64,000 nucleotides of DNA from Octopus sinensis (Eukaryota). The DNA lies in assembly GCF_006345805.1 (NCBI RefSeq), contig NC_042999.1, positions 109,864,001-109,928,000 on the forward strand, read 5' to 3'. The position numbers were made by a program, and so were the translations under genes. The notes below the pieces were generated by a model that was given only the letters and a program-made list of their open reading frames with translations, did no database searches and was not told where the DNA came from. Shown piece by piece: positions 1 to 13,890 of this stretch. The number at the start of each line of letters is the position of its first letter. Position 1 is the stretch's first letter.

Positions 1-2397
1 AAATATACTCAGGAATGCACACATATACAAGCAAAACAGACACATAAACATGCAGGCTTCAACCTATAATGAATGGAAAGCACTAAAATTTCACTGTTCT
101 TTGTGGTAACTTAGTGTACATCAGCATAAATCCTAAAGAGAAAACTGCCATATATCTGAACCCTATATACATCATAAGAAGATTTTCCTAAACACACAGA
201 CAGATATGCCCACACCTCTTAACAATACATCAATTAGTAATGAGATTGCCCTTGTGTGTAGCAAATTTACTTTGGAGCAAGAATCAAAAGCATTATAGAG
301 TGGACAAAAATTATTTGATAACACTGAAGATGATTGCAGAAAAGTAAATATATACTTTTGAATAAAATTAAAATAAAAAGAATACATTAATTTAAAGTGC
401 ATTATCTACAAAACGTAGCCAAAATATCTTGTACTATACAAAAGTATGCCCTTTACAATCTAGGTGTACTACAACATGACTATGTTTTATATGTAAGTAT
501 GCCTTCTACAATTTGACTTACACTGCATAAGATTCTATCTGTTTTAATGTTTGAGTCGCTAACACTACCCCACCACCATCACATCCAAGCAAGGCTATTT
601 CAAACATTTTAAAAATACAATGGAATTAAATTTGTTGAAATGAAATTTGTTCACTTTATTTATTAGCACTCTTATGTTATTGCCTTCTCCAGACACATAC
701 ACACACACAAAGTTTGAAAAAAAAAGTTTAAAAACAGATTAAAAAACTGAAAAAAAAAAAAGGTAATAAAATTATGTAGACTAACACATTTTCTAATTAG
801 ATAGAATGGTAAATGAAATCTGTCGAACATTCACCAGCAGAAGACAATAGAATTAAGGTATCTTTAATTGCCTGGTAAAAACAATAAAGAGTTTCACCCT
901 AACATGATTTCCACTGTAGATAGCAAAGCTAATAATACTTTTTTTTCCTGTGAACACTGTAAAGAGAGAGAATTGCTCAAATAGCAACTTCACAAAAAAA
1001 GAATAAATCCATTTCAGTAAAAAGATTTTGGTTTGTTTACCTTGTAATTTTTTGATTTATTTTTGGGTTTTTGTTTCATATTTGTTTATCAATTTTTTTT
1101 TTATTGTCACCTACCTCTACCAGCTAGTTTTGTATACCTACTGTCTACATTGCTACAGCAAAAAAAAAAAACCCCAAAAAACTACTTTGTGTTAAGATTT
1201 TGGTGATTGGTAAATAAATAAACTATAGCAAAGATGAGGGTAGAGATTTGTCAGAGACTGTGCCCAATTTGATTACCAATGTAACTTACATAATCATCAC
1301 AGGTGCCACTTCTACAATCCTTTAAGAAAGCTTGGGATTGTATTATTGTTATTTGCTTGAGGCAAGCTTATTTTCAAATCCCATTATTTTTTTGCCTTTA
1401 TTCTTTAACATTTTTTTTTTACTTCTTGGAAGTTTCTGTGGAGAAGCATTTCTTTTTCTTTATATATATCTTTTTACCTTACTTGTGATAGTTATCTATT
1501 TATTTACTTTTGTTGCCTATCCCTCAATAAGTCTTGTATTGATTAGAAAGTTAGCTGATAAGAAGTCTGCATTTCCATTTGACTTGCTTTTTTTTTTTTC
1601 TTTTCTATATCCCCTGCAGTAAGTAATGGGATATTGGAGAGAGTGGTCGTGGCAAAGGAAATGAGGTTAGGGAAGTAAAAATTAGCTAAACAGGACCAAA
1701 TAACTCAGGAAACGGAGTTAAGTGTTGTTGACATGCACAATGTCTTGGCACAGAAAGACAGTACATAATGCTCAGTTTCTCGATAATAAAAGACAACAAT
1801 GTACTTAGAGATAAGGTGAGAAATAAAGATATTAGCACCAACAAAAGTGTAATATATAACTGCAGAGATTACGTAGAATGTTCAAGGTCTGTTTGTTCAG
1901 TTGCAACAATTTATGTGCAATATGCTATGACTTCTAAGAAACCCTGCACATTAATTTTATAGGTTTACAACTGCAGGTTTTGTTGGACTAATACTTCTGT
2001 TGTTGGTGAACTTTAGGCTCTTTTTCTGTTTTTCATTCACATGAAGAAAATAATGTTACATAAAAAAAAAAAACCCTTTGACAGAAACACAAGACAGGGA
2101 TATGATTATTTCTCTGGATATGTGATGTGAACTTGCAAGAGACTGAGAAATGATTTACGAAAGTATATAGACATCAATAGTCTTAAGGAAGATGTGTTCT
2201 GGTTGGTTTAACTGGCTAATGCTAAATAAATGATAACATGTGTATATGTCAATGGTGTTCTGATAGAAGCAGAGTTAACACAAAAAAAGAATTTAAGTAT
2301 AAACAGAAAAGTTAAACTTCAGAATCAAAGTTTTACAGCTGACTTGATGCAAGAAAATATACATACATATAAACAAACATCAACCTCTCCTTTTTCT

Positions 2398-2439
<42 letters not shown>

Positions 2440-2630
2440 TATATATGTATATTTATATATATATATTTATATATATAAGACAGATATATGGGTATGCATT
2501 TATATATGCATGCATATGTCTATATGTATGTGTGTGTGTGTACATTCATAAGTATATATGTGTGCATATTTTCCTGTGAGGTCATCTGTAAAAACTTCAA
2601 CTTTCTGAAGTTTAACTTACCTGTTTTTAC

Positions 2631-2750
2631 CTGATACACATACACGCATATAGAGCCATGATCATTCTTTGTTGTGGCTGAGGAGCTGACAACCTCTTTA
2701 GAGTTGGTACTATGGTAAAATGCAGCCTGTATATCTAATAAAGCGGTTGA
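2631..2750 (-). CDS. Candidate internal coding exon, product unknown (STALLDIQAAFYHSTNSKEVVSSSATTKNDHGSICVYVYQ)
   Basis: Minus strand: acceptor 'cccttatattcttttctcag', then 120 nt open in phase 0, then CAG|gtaaaa. A second, stronger donor (CAG|gtaagt) lies 10 nt further on, at 2621. Peptide not recognised. Confidence 0.25.
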
Positions 2751-3176
2751 CTGAGAAAAGAATATAAGGGTAGAAGCCACATGAACAGTGATGTGTACAA
2801 ATGAGAGGTGGTCTTCTGATGTAGCTGGGAGGAAAGTAACCTTGAATAGAAAGTGGACTTGACCATGACAAACCTATTGGAAAGTGAATGCAACTGATGA
2901 TGACAATGACAAAGACACTGCTGCTGGTCATGGTGATGATTATAGAAGAGACATGGCTGAGTGGTTAAGAAATTTTCTGAGCAACCACATAGTTTAAAAT
3001 TTGGTACATATCAAGGCATTATCTTTTTTATGACAGACTTGGGTGAACTTGTGACTTTGTGAGTGAAAGTGGTAGAAGGAGACTGTGTAGAAGCTCATTA
3101 TTTGTTTATGCATGTGTGAGTGTGTGTGTATGTGTCTGTGCATGTGTGTGTGTGTGTAAGTATATTATATATATAT

Positions 3177-3210
<34 letters not shown>

Positions 3211-3215
3211 AAGAG

Positions 3216-3292
3216 AGATAGATAGATAGATAAAAGGATGAATGGATGGATAGATGGATGGACAAATAGACAGGTGGATAGATAGAAAGCTT

Positions 3293-3335
<43 letters not shown>

Positions 3336-3350
3336 GGATAGATAGATAAA
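3216..3350. repeat. (GATA)n/(GATG)n tetranucleotide microsatellite
   Basis: Direct reading: gatagatagataga... interspersed with gatggatgga. Confidence 0.9.
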
Positions 3351-5238
3351 TACATACACAGACACATACTCATAAATGAGTGCATGTCTGTATTTCTGTC
3401 TCCATGTTGTTTTCTTTTTTTTTTTTTATCATACTGATACCTCTTGGAACATGGAGCTTTATGTGTATATCCTTAAAATTAGCAGTTTGATAAAAGAAAT
3501 CAATAAGCACAAGACTTAAAAAAATAAGTACTGGGATCAATATAATCAATCAAAGCCCTTTGGGGTACTGCTCCAGCATGACTGCAGTCTAATGAGAAAC
3601 AATTAAAAGAACACATACTTGCACAAACTGGCATAAGAACCTGTCAAAAATAACAGGGATACTTTTGCTTCTTTCAGAAATTCTTCATACTTTTGCTGTG
3701 CGCTTTGCTCAATCTTCTTGTGTTACATTTTGTCATTCTTCAATTCTTGTCCCCTTTTTTTTTTTTTTACTTCAGCTCATACCCTTTCATTATTGTCACT
3801 GATTCTCACAGGCATTATTAATAGTTTTCCTCCTGTAAAGCAGCGGACTCGCAGGATCGTTAGCACACCAGACTAAAAAGCATAGTGGCATTTTGTCTGT
3901 CTTTATGTTCCGAGCTCAACTTTGCCTTTCATGGTTTAGGGGGTCGATAAAATAAGTACCAGTCAAGTTCTGGAGTTGAATGTAATCAATTTCCCTCTCT
4001 CCTCAAAAAAGCTGCAAGCCCTGTGTCAAAATCTGAAACCATTATCCATTTTCTTCTTTTCAGACTATGAATATTTCCTTCACTTTCTTTCTCAGTCAAA
4101 CTCTAACCCCTACGATTGTCTTAATTTTCTGTTCTCCCACAACTTTAATATCATATAGCAATTTTTCATTCTCTCTATCTTCTTTGATCCTTTTCTCTCT
4201 CTCTCTCTCTTAATCCTACTCATTATTCCTCTGCTATTTTACCACATTAACTCTCTAATTCCCACCTATATTGTTATGCGTTTCACTTCCCTCTTTTCTC
4301 ACTCATTCATTTTCCCATTCTCTTCTATATTTCACTTTCTGCATGAATGATAATCAGTCACAATCTGCTGACTATTGGGTGTTTCTCACTTTCCTTCCCA
4401 CTCCTTCTGTTACATTTCCACCAACATTTTTATCTTATCTTTATAATTCTTTCATTTTCTTTTATCTCTCTCGGTGCAACTATATTTATATATTAAGATA
4501 TATACATACATAATACATACATATTTACATACATATATGCATACATCCACACACGTATCTCACACATATGTGCATACACAAACATTCACACGCAAATACA
4601 TATTTTCATTCATATAGTTGTATCATATTTTTTTCCTATGATAGTATGGGTTAGATGAATAGATTACTGAGGCATTGTTTTACAGCTGGATGCCTTTCCT
4701 ATTGTTTTTCAAAGATCTGTTATTCCCCTTGTCTTAAAAGGCACAAAGCCAGCAGATTACTTTTTGATAGCTGAAATGATGACAATATCACTGTGTATAG
4801 CTCAGTAATTTTTGTAGAAGTATAAATGTTAATAAACACACAGACACATGCATGCACACATATAGATATACATATATGAGTATGTTTATCTTTCTATCTA
4901 TCCATCACATAACACACACACACATATTTGATGAGTTTCTTTCAGTTTCTATCTACCAAATTCATTTACAAAACTTTTGCCTGCCCTAGGGATATTTGCA
5001 GAAGACACTAAAGGTGCCACACCGTGGAACTGAACCCAAAACCACATAGTTTTGAAGCAAACTGCTTAATTACACAGTATGCCCCCTGCCAATCTCTCTC
5101 TCTCTCTCTCTGTCACACACACACATATATATATATATATGGCTCTATAGGTGCAGGTGTGGTTGTGTAATAACAAGTTTGCTTCTTAATCACATAGTTC
5201 TGGGTTGAGTCCCACTGCATGGCACCTAAGGCAAGTAA

Positions 5239-5287
<49 letters not shown>

Positions 5288-6274
5288 GGATTCCTTCAGT
5301 TTCTGTCTACCAAATCCAATTACAAGGCTTTGGTCAGCCCAAGACCACAGTAGAAGACCAGTGTTAGTGTGTTTATATTTCTGCAATTTAGTAGCTTGGT
5401 AAAAGAGACCAATAGAATAAGCACCTGTGGGGTTGATTTGTTTGACTAAAGAAATTTTCAGGGCAGGGCTTCAGCATGGCTACAATCTAATGATTGAAAC
5501 AAGTGAAAGCTGAAAGCTATGTATACATATATATGTACACACACAGATAAATATTAATGTGTGTGTACCTATGAATGTATATATTTCTGTTAGATACACC
5601 AAACACTTCTACATTAACCAGTTTCTATAAAAAGTGATTTCATTAATTGAAAACATGTCGCTGTGAGTTAACTTCATGACGTAAGGAATATCCAACAGAA
5701 AGTATATCGGGAACATTTCATCAGGAGTTATAATTTGAGAATTTGATCTGCTAAGGTAACCAATTTGTATCAGTTTGTTGGCTCAGAGGCCTTCACACTT
5801 TCAAAACAACATTAATACTTTCTAGCAAATAAGATACACAACAGTACAAATTCTTAAGCTTGTCTTGGCTTCAAGGGCAGTGCTCAGAACTACTATTAAA
5901 TAAATATTCTAACTGCAGGTCATTTTAGCATCACCCCACATGTAGTTAGTTTATCAGCTGTTAATATCAAATCAGTGGTAGCAATATATACCAATTTTAC
6001 AAGCTGGGTAATATATAAACTTTTGGAGACTATATCTATGGTTAATACCCAGAGCAAATTGTATAAAATAAATATCATGTATATTGTGTCACATTCTTCC
6101 ACTTGGTTTAGTACTTTATGTTAATTTTAACATCTTTTAAGACTGTAACTTCAAATTCTACTTCGCTTTTAATCATTTTGAGATAATGAAATAGTTAATA
6201 AAATAAGTATTGAGATCAATATAATTGACCATGATATAACTTCTAGGATATAACTATAAGTATATGTGTATATA

Positions 6275-6581
6275 TCACATGATCATGTGACCGACCAGAC
6301 TATCAGATGTTGCTACACATCGCTGGTCACAATGCGCTTTGCATTTTTTAGCCTTCAAATGATGCCACTCCACTGGCTAAGCAAGCAGGCCAACAGAAGA
6401 AAGAGTGAGAGAAAGTTGTGGCGAAAGAGTACAGCAGGGATTGCCACAACCCCCTACTAGAGCCTCGTGGAGTTTTAGGTGTTTTCACTCAATAAACACT
6501 CACAATGCCCGGTCTGGGAATTGAAACCGTGATCCTACAACTGCAAGTCCGCTGCCCTAACCACTGGGCCATTGCACCTCC
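6275..6581 (-). mobile_element. tRNA-derived SINE (family D in this report)
   Basis: Reverse complement begins ggaggtgcaaTGGCCCAGTGGttagggcagcggac...cacGGTTTCAATTCCCagaccggg (Pol III A and B boxes), followed by ~230 nt of non-tRNA body; no acceptor stem. Confidence 0.85.
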
Positions 6582-6634
6582 ACTTATGTATATATATACA
6601 CACTATAAATTCCAGTTTTTGTTATAGTATATCC

Positions 6635-6985
6635 AATCATTAGACTGCAGCCATGCTAGGGTATCAATTTGAAGAATTTTAGTGGAATGAATTGTCTTAT
6701 TTTTTTTTTAGCAATGCTACTTATACAATTGGTCTCTTTTACTGAACTGCTAAGTTACAGGGATTTAAACAAACCGACAATGGTTGTCAAGCAGTGGGGG
6801 TAGGGAGAAACACACACACACAACAGGCTTCTTTCAGTTTTCAACTATGAGATCCACTCACAAAGCTTTAGCTGACCTGAGGCTTTAATAGAAAACACTT
6901 GGCCTAGGTGCCATGCAGTAGGACTGAACCTGGAACCATGTGACTTGGAAGCAAACTTCTTAACACGCAATCACATCTGTGCCTA
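6635..6985 (-). mobile_element. Degraded SINE, family A (OK/OR-type)
   Basis: Colinear with the better copies at 49491-49902 and 52125-52499 (tail, internal (CA)n, central domain, tRNA-like head), with many CpG>TpG/CpA changes. Confidence 0.75.
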
Positions 6986-6989
6986 TATA

Positions 6990-7034
<45 letters not shown>

Positions 7035-7350
7035 CCTCTGTTTTAGTCAAGGTAGATCAGCCTCTGGACATGTATACATAGGCCTGGACAAAGAACCCAG
7101 AAAAGCTAAACGGTTATCACAAGGCTTTCTTCCCAACCATCTAAAAGTTCTGCTAATCTGCATTATTCTGGATTTGAACCATTTTTTTGTTATAGATGCT
7201 GAAAGAACAAATGACAAAGTTGACCTTGGTGGAATGTGAACTCAAAGCACAGAGAGTTAGAACAAATATCACAATATATACTATCAAGCACATTAACGAC
7301 CATACCCAATTTTCTTTTACACAGACACAGACACAGACACACACACACAC

Positions 7351-7393
<43 letters not shown>

Positions 7394-8918
7394 ACACTCA
7401 TTCATTCATTCAAAATTGTAGATATGTGGTAATTTAATCAAAGTTTTTGAGCTAAAAGACCCTTTTGTAGTTGATGTCTTGAATGATGGATGAATATTCT
7501 GGTAATACTGTACAAAATGGCAGCAAACTATTTTGCTGAATATTTAGCAGAGTCAAGTTATTTTTCATAAAATCCCGAAGTGAACTGGCAAAATGATCTA
7601 CAGTCCATTCCAATTCTCCAGAAACCAATATGTAAAATCTTCTGTTAAAACTGTCATGGATTCCAACCAAGCAAATATTTTTTTTTTTTTTCGTCACAGC
7701 AAAGTGGATAATTTTATAAGAACTGATTCCCCACCCCACTTCCCCCTGCTGAATTCCATGTCTGCTAATATTCTAGAGAGACAGCTCTGAACTGGAAGGG
7801 AAGGTGACAAATATACAGATTCAGTTTAAGACTATTTATGGTCTTTTCTGACAGAAAATTCACATAAAATGCTTGGCTTATCTTTTATTTGAAATAAAAA
7901 AAAAAAGAAAAAGAAAAACAGAAAGAAAGATAAAAAAAATATTAAAAATTTTGTTTTTAAAGGTTTTTAAAACAAATTTAACAATGCTGCCATGGCAACT
8001 GTTTATAATCAAAAGAGAGAGTAGTTTGTTAACCTAAATAATGACAAGTCTAGTTGTGAAGGCTAGGTTGATAGCCACAGAAAAGAACCCTAGAGCTAGC
8101 AGGCCAACAGGGTTGTCTGAAACATGCAGAAGCCTTTTTCTTATTCTCCTTATTTCCCTCTTACTTTTCTCCCTCCGCTCCACCCATCTTCCTCCTCATT
8201 TCATTTGTTCGAATATATTACCATTTTAGCAGACATACTTTGCATGATTCAATTCATAATGTAAGACTTTTAGAAAAAATTTTTCTTCATTTATTTGAAA
8301 TTCTGCATACATTTGACAATATCTTTTACCCTCATTTTGACAAGCATGAATTTTGGACTTGGCAATAATATTTAAATGCAGCAAAGCTCTCCACAAGATT
8401 GTTTACACATACAAATATATCATGCACACACACACACGCACACACACACACACACACATACACACACACATGTTTAGCAGCAATAAAAGAATGATAGATA
8501 TGAAATTCATCAAACTGCAGTTCTAAAACAATTCCTTGTATATCTTTAATTGTTAGCTTATTTCAATGTTAACCACTATCAAAATGTTTAACAATTAACA
8601 ATTGTAAGTGTAGAGATATTAAACATATGAAGAAATTTTAGAATAATTCCATGTTTCCTTAAAATTAGTGAGAAAGACCTTTTAAAAATAAAATTAGATA
8701 TATAATTTCAAATACAAACAGTTAAAGCATTTTTTTTTCATTATTAAAAAATTGTTAGATAAAATAATTATTGAAATATGTTGGTAAATAATAGCTAATA
8801 TACTTTTCTTTCTATTTCTGTTCATTTGGAAAGAGGATAAAAAAATGAATAATTCAAGAGAAATGATAGCCCAATATATTTTAAAATTCACCAGCATTCT
8901 TTACTGATTTATATCACA

Positions 8919-8967
<49 letters not shown>

Positions 8968-9026
8968 ATGTACATACATATATATATACACATACATAAG
9001 CACATAGATACACATTTATAAACACA

Positions 9027-9069
<43 letters not shown>

Positions 9070-9529
9070 ATATATGCTGATCAATGAAACTGATGTGAAA
9101 GGAAAAAAAATATAAAAGGAGTGTTTTCTTCCTTGTTTGTTTTCAAGAATATATATAAGATAGTGCTAGCTTAACATATAGCTCTATGTGTGAATTAAGA
9201 AGACGGCAAGGCTGCAGCTATGTCACAACAGCTGGACAATACTAGAGGGTACAGGAGGCTAGTGCTAAAATCAATAGCTGGTCTCATGTGGGCTCGCAAT
9301 ATCTAGTGCATTCATTAAACAAATAAATGAATGAAGAAAAAAAAAATTCACTTTTTTTTTTTACTTTTTACTTTTTACTTTTCTGATGTTGTTGAAAGTG
9401 GGGCAGTAAAGAAGGATGCTGTTGTGCTGAGTTGATAAATCAGAGATTTTCATTTCATAAACTACTGGATTTCAATCTCCTCTGTCCACCACACACGTAC
9501 ACACTTATGAGTATGTATACGTGTGTGTG

Positions 9530-9541
9530 TGTGTATACATA

Positions 9542-9572
<31 letters not shown>

Positions 9573-9767
9573 TATAATGTATATATGCTGTATATGCACA
9601 AGAGGTACTGTGGGGTTTTCATGGTGACAATACACACACACACACAGATGTATTTATATATACATATATACATTTATCTATACACATGCATATATACATG
9701 TATATTATATATATATATACATATATACACACACACACACATATATATTATATATATATATACATAT

Positions 9768-9801
<34 letters not shown>

Positions 9802-10000
9802 GCATATATATATATACACACATATATATGTACATTTACACACATATACATATATACATTTATATATATACACATGCATATATATACATACACATATATG
9901 TACATTTACATACGCACATATATACACATGTATGCATGCATGCATGCATGCAAACATGTATGTATGTGTGTGCATATGTATGTATGTGTGTATGTATGCA
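9530..10000. repeat. Compound (TA)n/(CA)n/(TG)n microsatellite field
   Basis: Direct reading; source of the 145-146 aa YI/HT-repeat ORFs. Confidence 0.95.
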
Positions 10001-10786
10001 TATTCCATTGAAACTAAATGCATGAAACAAATATTGAGCTGGGATGGGAATATAGGAAATGTTCAGACTGGAGTGGAACTTAGAATAAAATCAATAGTTT
10101 CTTGCAAAAAGATAGAGAGGTAGATAAAGGATGAGGTGAATAGACAGAGAATGAGTGAATTGTGTTGTAAATTGATTGGGAGTAGTTAGACAGAGGGTGA
10201 GGTAGATAGATAGTCAGTTAGATAGATGAGTTTAGACTGGGTGGTGGTACATAAATGATGGCACTGATCAAAAGTGGTGTAGATGGAGGAGAAGAGATAA
10301 ATGTAGAAGTATATAGAAAGAAGAATAATCAAATATAATCATTTGAATTCAAAGAGGCTAGAGGTGGTTTGCACCAGAGAGAGTCAATTTACTAAAGAGG
10401 CAAAAATTGAGGGGTGTTAGTATGGTGTGAAGAAGAGAAAGGTCTGATGTTCGGGCAGAGCCCTTCATAAGTGAATGAGAGAAGAGGTAAATAAATTGAG
10501 TGTGTATACAGATTAAAGAGTAGATGGAGAAGAGATAATTGGCAGAATAGATGAATATAGAATTGAAAATAGGGATGGATAGAGGAGTAGGTTCTGGAAG
10601 GATATGTTGGTGAGATAAAGACAGAATCACGATGTGATGGATGGATGGATGGATAGATGCAAAAAGAAGGATAGATGATGAGTTTGATTCATACAGGAGT
10701 AAACTGACAGAAGTAAGAAGTGAGAGATTAGCAGATTAAAAAAAACTGAGGAATGGTAGATAGGGGATTAACGTTATATATGTTTA

Positions 10787-10818
<32 letters not shown>

Positions 10819-10944
10819 CACATGTATGTATATATAGACATGTATGTACACGCACACATATATATATATATATATATCCATATGTATACATACACACATA
10901 CACGTACACATATCTATATATGTATGTATGTATACATGTGTGTA

Positions 10945-10975
<31 letters not shown>

Positions 10976-10992
10976 GCATACTCTATTATTGT

Positions 10993-11385
10993 CTTACTTC
11001 AGTCATTTGACTGTGGCCATGCTGGAGCATTGCCTTGAAGGGCTTTAGTCAAAAGCATTGACCCCAGGACTTCATCTTTGTAAGCCTGATATTACTCTAT
11101 CAGCCTCTTTTGCCAAACTGCTAAGTTACAGGGATGTAAACATACCAACATCGGTTGTCAAGCAGACAAAGACACACACACACATAACTACATACATAAA
11201 TACATACACACACACACACATATATATATTACATGACCGGCTTCTTTCTGTTTCTGTCTATCAAATCCACCCACAAGGCTTTCATTGGCTATTGTAGAAG
11301 TCACTTGCACAAGGTGGCGTGCAGTGGCACTGAACCTGGAACCATGTGGTTGGGAAGCAAGCTTCTTACCCCACAGCCTAGCCTA
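10993..11385 (-). mobile_element. SINE, family A
   Basis: Contains cagtcatttgactgtggccatgctggagc (tail), an internal (CA)/(TA) tract, and ggcactgaacctggaaccatgtggttgggaagcaagc (head, antisense). Confidence 0.85.
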
Positions 11386-11393
11386 TATATATA

Positions 11394-11824
11394 CATCATC
11401 ATCATCATCATCGTCGTTTAACGTCCGTTCTCCATGCTAGCATGGGTTGGACGGTTCGACCGGGGTTCTGGGAAGCCAGAAGGCTGCACCAGGCTCCAGT
11501 CTAATCTGGCAATGTTTCTACAGCTGGATGCCCTTCCTAACGCCAACCACTCCGTGAGTGTAGTGGGTGCTTTTTACGTGCCACCTGCACAGGTGCCAGG
11601 CGGGGCTGGCAACGGCCACGGTCAGATTGGTGTATTTTATGTGCCACCGGCACGGAAGCCAGTCGAGGCGGTGCTGGCATCGGCCACGAGTCGGATAGTG
11701 CTTTTTACGTACCACCAGACCAGGGATCCTGGCTGGTTCAATTCGATTTCGATTTTGCTTGCCCCAACATGTCCTCACAAGCAAAGGGGGTTGGCATGGG
11801 TGCCTGTCGTACGGTCGCATTGGA
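11394..11824 (-). mobile_element. RTE-type retroposon 3' part with (GAT)n tail (family B)
   Basis: Antisense (cat)n followed by cgtttaacgtccg...ccatgctagcatggg...cagctggatgcccttcctaacgccaacc. Related copies at ~12130-12290, 16441-16578, 30327-30540, 37695-37860 and 50770-50950. RTE assignment is inferred from the short-repeat tail. Confidence 0.75.
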
Positions 11825-11881
<57 letters not shown>

Positions 11882-12109
11882 CATCTGGCTATAGAAACGA
11901 TGTGTAATTAATGTATAATCAACAGACCTCAAAACATGCTGTCCATGCCAGCATGGAAGTGGAATGTTAAATGACAATCATGCTGATGATGTTTATATAT
12001 ATATATATAATTTAATATACACATAATTTAAAAAAGAGCTACTGATAGTATATACTAATAATAATGGAACATGAAAAGATCTATCTATCTATCTATCGGT
12101 ATGTAAATA

Positions 12110-12148
<39 letters not shown>

Positions 12149-13132
12149 TTATGTGGTGTTAGGAAAGGCATCCAACTACAAAAACTGTGACAAAACAAAC
12201 AGAAGTCTGGTGCAGGCTCCTGCCTAGCCAGCTCCTGTCAAACCATCCAACCCATGCCAGCATGGAAGGTGAACGTTAAGTGATGATGACAATGATATGT
12301 GTATGTACACACAGACACAGATATCAAATTGCCAAAAGTGAAATCGAATACAAAGAAAGACAACAATAGTCGAAAGAGCATTTAATAATATTAGGTATGC
12401 ATATGTATGTATGTATGTATGTATGTATAAAGTTATCACAAAAGGCTTGGCTAGAGGCCCAACCTTTCAGGGTTTTTTTTATAGGGTTTTGATAAAAACG
12501 AAAGGACCACTGCAATAGGTGTGTGAATGTGCGAGGGGAATATATTTAATAAAATCATAATTAACTAATACCCCTGTATTTTCTTTTTACCTAAAGCCAA
12601 GAAATTTTCAGCACCCCATCATATAAATAAAAAACATCTTAAAAAACGGTGAATTATACATCTTCAAAACTTGTTTATTACTGTATCCTACACATTACAT
12701 TCACATTAGATTTCAGTTCTGCTACATGTTTCTACTGCATAAATGTCCCAATATCCCTTGATGTAACATTTATGTACATTCAGTTTTTACAATTGTGATA
12801 TATATTCATCCAGGGCAGTTGTGTCTATGCAGATTCATTCAAGTTTGTACACTCATGCAGGTGGATATATATATATATATATATAATATATATATATACT
12901 CTTTTAATTGCTTCAGTCATTTGACTGTGGCCATGCTGGAGTACCACTTTTAGTCGAGCAAATCGACCCCAGGACTTATTCTTTGTAAGCCTAGTACTTA
13001 TTCTATCTGTCTCTTTAGCCTTGAGCTGACCAAAGCCTTGTGAGAAACCTGTTGTATATGTGTGTGTGTATATGTGTGTGTATATATATGTCTGTATATA
13101 TATATGTGTGTATGCATGCATATATATATATG

Positions 13133-13172
<40 letters not shown>

Positions 13173-13890
13173 TAATAATAATAATAAAATGTAACAACAA
13201 AAGAATGAGATCTTGATATTAGAGAAATAGAGGATTATTTATATGTTATAAATTAGGACATACATTAAAAGGTTGTCATTATAGTACTCGGAGTTTCAAA
13301 TGCCAGAGTGATATAAGGGAAGTAACTCTAATACATGGAATTTGATGCAGGTTCTCTGCTCAACTTTATATATATATATTGTTTCTAGAAAAAAGAAGCA
13401 CACTCTAAGAAGTAGAGCAGTCTATATTTTTTCCTGGTGAAGGCCAGTTTATGGGGTTACCCTGGGTTTCTCGTCCATCGTCAGACACCAAAATCTTGTT
13501 GGCCTACAACCTCTTTAAAATACGGAGGGAAAATGTCTGGATTATCTCCCTTTGCCAATGGCTATCGACTTCCAGCTATTCTACCAACGTTCAGCTGTGA
13601 GGGTAAACAATAGGGGATTATCTCACTCTTCCATTAGCTATCAACTTCCTGTGTTTGTGCTTGTCTCCCTGCCCCATAACACCATTTGAAAATTGGTGTT
13701 AGTGTATTTATGTCCCCATAATTTAGTAGTTCAGCAAAAGAGACTGATAGAATAAGTGTCACATTAAAAAAAAAAAATAATAATAATAAGTACTGGGGTT
13801 GATTCATTTGACTTTAAAAAAATTCTTCAAGGTGGTGTCTCAGCATCACTGCAGTTTAATGGTGGGAGCAAGACAAAAACAGGAAATATA

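Noticed and set aside
6500-6581. tRNA-like sequences with A and B boxes (also 46474, 47478, 49850, 59259)
   Set aside because: They are SINE heads: no acceptor stem or clean cloverleaf, and they continue into repeat bodies.
8030-8135. Hydrophobic minus-strand peptide DNPVGLLALGFFSVAINLAFTTRLVII* after a good acceptor
   Set aside because: Only a superficial resemblance to membrane-transporter motifs; 27 codons is within chance.
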